Shown here piece after piece: positions 60,884 to 64,000 of a stretch of DNA of 64,000 nt; positions within the stretch are counted from its first letter, which is position 1, and every line of letters begins with the position of its first letter. The position numbers were made by a program, and so were the translations under genes. This stretch comes from Eledone cirrhosa (lineage: Eukaryota), in the NCBI GenBank assembly GCA_964016885.1, contig OZ024745.1, positions 97,960,001 to 98,024,000 on the forward strand, in the 5' to 3' direction. The notes below the pieces were generated by a model. That model was given only the letters and a program-made list of their open reading frames with translations, had not been told where the DNA came from and did not search any database.

Positions 60884-61207
60884 GTGAAGGTGCGTGGCTT
60901 TGTGGTTAGAGTATTCGGCTCAAGATCATAAGATCTTGAGTTCGATTCCCGGTGGCACGCTGTGTCCTTTAGCAAGACCCTTTATTTCACGTTGCTCAAG
61001 TCTTCTAGGTTGACAAAAATGAGTTGTACCTGTAATTCGAATGGCCAGCCTTGTCACATTCTGTGTCACGCCGAATCTCCCTGAGAATTACGTTATGGAT
61101 ACGCGTGTTTATGAAATGCTTAGTCACTTGCACGTTAATTTCATGAGCAAGCTGTTCCGTGGAACGTATCAACTGGAAGATTCGTCGTCGTAACTGACGG
61201 AGTAACG
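60884..61207 (+). mobile_element. tRNA-derived SINE, family 2
   Basis: A box TGGCTTTGTGG, B box GAGTTCGATTCC, central TGTGTCCTTTAGCAAGACCCTTTATTTCACGTTGCTC shared with the copy ending at 62826. Confidence 0.85.
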
Positions 61208-61360
61208 CTACTGTTATTTTGTTGGAAGCCCCAGCAACGCACGCAGCAATGGAATGGGCTGACAAGAAATTCCAATACAAAAGATTCGAAATTAAGAAAT
61301 TTTATAGGCTGGTAGTGGGTGTAGCATGGGCGAATAGTTGGCTTCAAATATCAATATCGC

Positions 61361-61466
61361 AATTAATTATTTCTAAAATTGACACAAGGCCATCAATTTT
61401 GGGGAAGAAAACAGTTAATTATATCGACGCCAGCACTTAACTGGTACTTTATTTTATCAGCCCCGG
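61361..61466 (-). mobile_element. SINE family 1, 3' fragment
   Basis: CACAAGGCCATCAATTTT...ACTGGTACTTTATTTTATC matches the family tail. Confidence 0.75.
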
Positions 61467-61483
61467 AATATAATATGCCAATC

Positions 61484-61870
61484 TCGGGCGTACTTGGCCC
61501 CCGTACTGCCGAGCTCCTCAGCAATATCGGAGCGTCGGCGGCCCGTCTGAGGAGAAAGCACCACGAGTTTGGGTGGCTGTTGAGCAGGTGTCACTGGTCA
61601 TCGTCTGGGGGAATGCTTTTGCTGTCTTGTCAGCGGGGCGCAGCACTTCTGCTCTCTTACCCTAGGTCCAAAGCCCAATCACCCCCACCCCTCATTCACC
61701 CTCCCCTCTCTTCTGCGACACCAGAGCTCTTGACATCCCTTCCCCTTCCCGTTCTTTTTCTTCTTTCTTTCCCTCTTTTTTTCTATATTTCCCTATTCTT
61801 TCTTTCCTTTTCTTTCCTCCTTTTTTTTAATATTTCTTACAAATTGTAGATTGTCTCCTTTAATAAATTA
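61484..61870 (+). mobile_element. 3' fragment of a CRE-like RLE non-LTR retrotransposon
   Basis: SGVLGPRTAELLSNIG...HEFGWL, then in a shifted frame EQVSLVIVWGNAFAVL, resembling the ETxGxxG...SxAxxRGNA RLE end of CRE elements. Pyrimidine-rich 3' UTR and AATAAA at ~61862. Confidence 0.65.
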
Positions 61871-62210
61871 AACGGTATAGATATTAGTCACACATTTTTA
61901 CATATTTATAATGGCATGAGAGTGCCCTGGTATGGCTTCTTTGATCTAAGGAGTCATAAAACCAAAGATATACACAGAAAACTATGTTTGGATTGTTCAT
62001 GTATTTCCCCATGACATTTACTTAATGACTGAGTTAAGTGAAATAATTATAACGTGAAAACGAACCCACGTTCAATGTGACTTAACATTACAATCAACGC
62101 CTCGTGGTGGAATTGGCTACAATTTGCCATTGCCGTCGCACTGTAGTGTGATAAGAAGAATTGAGTAAAATAGGATATTTAGATAATTTACAAACTACAA
62201 CGGATTTTAA

Positions 62211-62403
62211 TAGACCTGTCAACTCTTCCCGTCCGACGGGGAGATCTCCCATCCATTTTGGGGTAGTTGAGAGATGTCTTCTCTTGTGAAAATGGGTTAG
62301 CTTTGATTATGTAAAATCTCCCCATTTTGCCTCATTTCTCCCCGTTTTGGGGTACTTTTTTCAAGGCACTACCTGTTTGGGTTTTTAGAGGTTGGCAGGT
62401 CTG
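62211..62403. mobile_element. Small MITE-like element (~190 bp) with short TIRs
   Basis: AGACCTGTCAAC ... GTTGGCAGGTCT (11/12 match); internal CTCCCC(A/G)TTTTG repeats. Confidence 0.55.
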
Positions 62404-62454
62404 TTCAAATCTAATCTACTTTGGTCGAGTTTACACTCGCAAATAAGAAGAACC

Positions 62455-62826
62455 AGGACCGCCCCCAGGAGCATTGGATTTGGTGTACTTCATATTTGTT
62501 TCGGTTGCTGGATACAATCAGAGGTCGCTGCTTCTCCTGAAGGTCAATAGTTCTCTTCTAACTCGAGCGGGAGCGCCTTTCCATTGTCAATTTGCATTGT
62601 TCAAAGACGCATTGTTCTCAGAGCCACTACACCAGTCTCGATGCGTGCAGCTGGAACTACTGCCACCCATTGATTTGGCAGGATTGCAACTCATTTCTAC
62701 AGCTGAGTAAACTGGAGCAACTTGAAATAAAGTGTCTTGCTCAAGGATACAACACATCATCCGGTCCGAGAATCGAACTCACAACCTTTCGATTGCAAGT
62801 CCAATGCTCTAACCACTAAGCCATGC
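62455..62826 (-). mobile_element. tRNA-derived SINE, family 2 head and core with a different tail (left boundary uncertain)
   Basis: Reverse complement GCATGGCTTAGTGGTTAGAGC...GAGTTCGATTCTCGG...TCCTTGAGCAAGACACTTTATTTCAAGTTGCTCCAG. Confidence 0.8.
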
Positions 62827-63163
62827 TGTTTTAATCCTTATAAAAATACAAGGTATATTTTATATGAGCTAACTCTTTGAAATCAATTCGTTACGAGTTT
62901 ATAATCGAAGTTTGATTTAAATTTTAAAATACTAAAAATGCCAGAAAAGGCAAAAGAAAGAAATATTTAGAATCGACGATATCGATTACATATAACATAA
63001 CTTTAATATTTTAGACAAAATCTATAATTGTTCCTCGTGAATTTGAAAGTATGTTACACGGCAGCGATGATTTGTAGATTTTCTCCCATAGAGACCTTAC
63101 TTTTTAGTTGGAGTATTTGAGGTCAATCATGATCAAAATTATTATTATTTGGTTGTCAGTTCT

Positions 63164-63350
63164 GGATTGGCGGTATCGGTAGCGGATCGGACACCATGCT
63201 TTGCAGCATAGAGTTACGACCCTTTGTGATCTGAGTTCACATCCCGGCGAGGTTAACTTTGCCTTTTATCTTTATGGAGTCGATAAAATAACGCACCAGT
63301 AATGCACTGGAACAATTGCTGGCCTTGTGCTAAATGTAGAAACAATTATT
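63164..63350 (+). mobile_element. SINE family 1, near complete
   Basis: Colinear with 60634-60820. Confidence 0.88.
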
Positions 63351-63630
63351 TAGTTGCCAGATTTAATTGCCAGGTCCACCCACTTTTTCAAGGAAAATAT
63401 ATTTGACTAATTTTATTTTGTGACACATTTTTCTAATTAATTCTTAATACTTTGTTTTATAACCCTTCATTCTTTATATGTACGTTGTCGTTTCTAAATG
63501 TAGAGAGTTACTTCACTTGATATATCTTCTATTTATACATTACAAAAACAATTTCTTCGGTTTCATTTCCCATTTTCCATTCTACACAGAAATGCTGTAG
63601 CTATTACATTGTTCTCTTTGGTGTGCGTTC

Positions 63631-63733
63631 ATATATATATATAGAGAGAGAGAAACATACATACATACACATATATATCATACATACATACATATATATA
63701 TATATATACAAACATACATATATACATACACAT

Positions 63734-63765
<32 letters not shown>

Positions 63766-63801
63766 CAAACATACATATATACATACACATATATATCATA
63801 C

Positions 63802-63832
<31 letters not shown>

Positions 63833-63865
63833 CATATGTATATATATATATATATATGTATATAC

Positions 63866-63925
<60 letters not shown>

Positions 63926-63933
63926 GTATATAT

Positions 63934-63990
<57 letters not shown>

Positions 63991-64000
63991 AATATATATA
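63631..64000. repeat. Compound (TA)n/(TACA)n microsatellite
   Basis: Directly visible; runs to the window end. Confidence 0.97.

Noticed and set aside
62755-62826. tRNA gene (TGC anticodon-like loop)
   Set aside because: A and B boxes are present but there is no convincing acceptor stem, and it continues into a SINE core shared with 60884-61207.

Overview
Gene-free, repeat-saturated eukaryotic (animal) DNA; the SINE families suggest an octopus/cephalopod genome (recall-based inference). No host protein-coding gene, rRNA, true tRNA or CRISPR array is supportable. From left to right: (1) a 25-bp G/T-rich satellite (1-7269) with a 976-bp higher-order period; (2) an 8.7-kb island with two tRNA-derived SINEs, an apparently full-length Tx1/L1-type LINE on the - strand (zinc knuckle, APE, RT and zinc finger in ONE frame, one nonsense codon) flanked on both sides by exactly (AAT)11, and head-to-head with it a 5'-truncated R4/Dong-type RLE retrotransposon ending in (TAA)7; (3) a ~34.6-kb 50-bp satellite (15988-50633) with kb-scale internal duplications, whose monomer splits into two 25-bp halves resembling satellite 1; (4) a 5'-truncated GC-rich RTE LINE inserted into a SINE tail with a 7-bp TSD; (5) a mosaic of SINEs, microsatellites, MITEs, a 616-bp tandem duplication, two 3' ends of a sister Tx1-like family sitting in (GATA)n, a Penelope-like GIY-YIG fragment followed by a 157-bp inverted repeat with a minimal hammerhead ribozyme in each arm, a 108-bp palindrome folded back on a hammerhead half, and a CRE-like 3' fragment. 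The best candidate for an undescribed system is a lineage of microsatellite-targeting Tx1-like retrotransposons with diverged targets (AAT versus GATA) and a fused single ORF, sharing a TAA niche with a Dong-type element. All coordinates and counts were read by eye.
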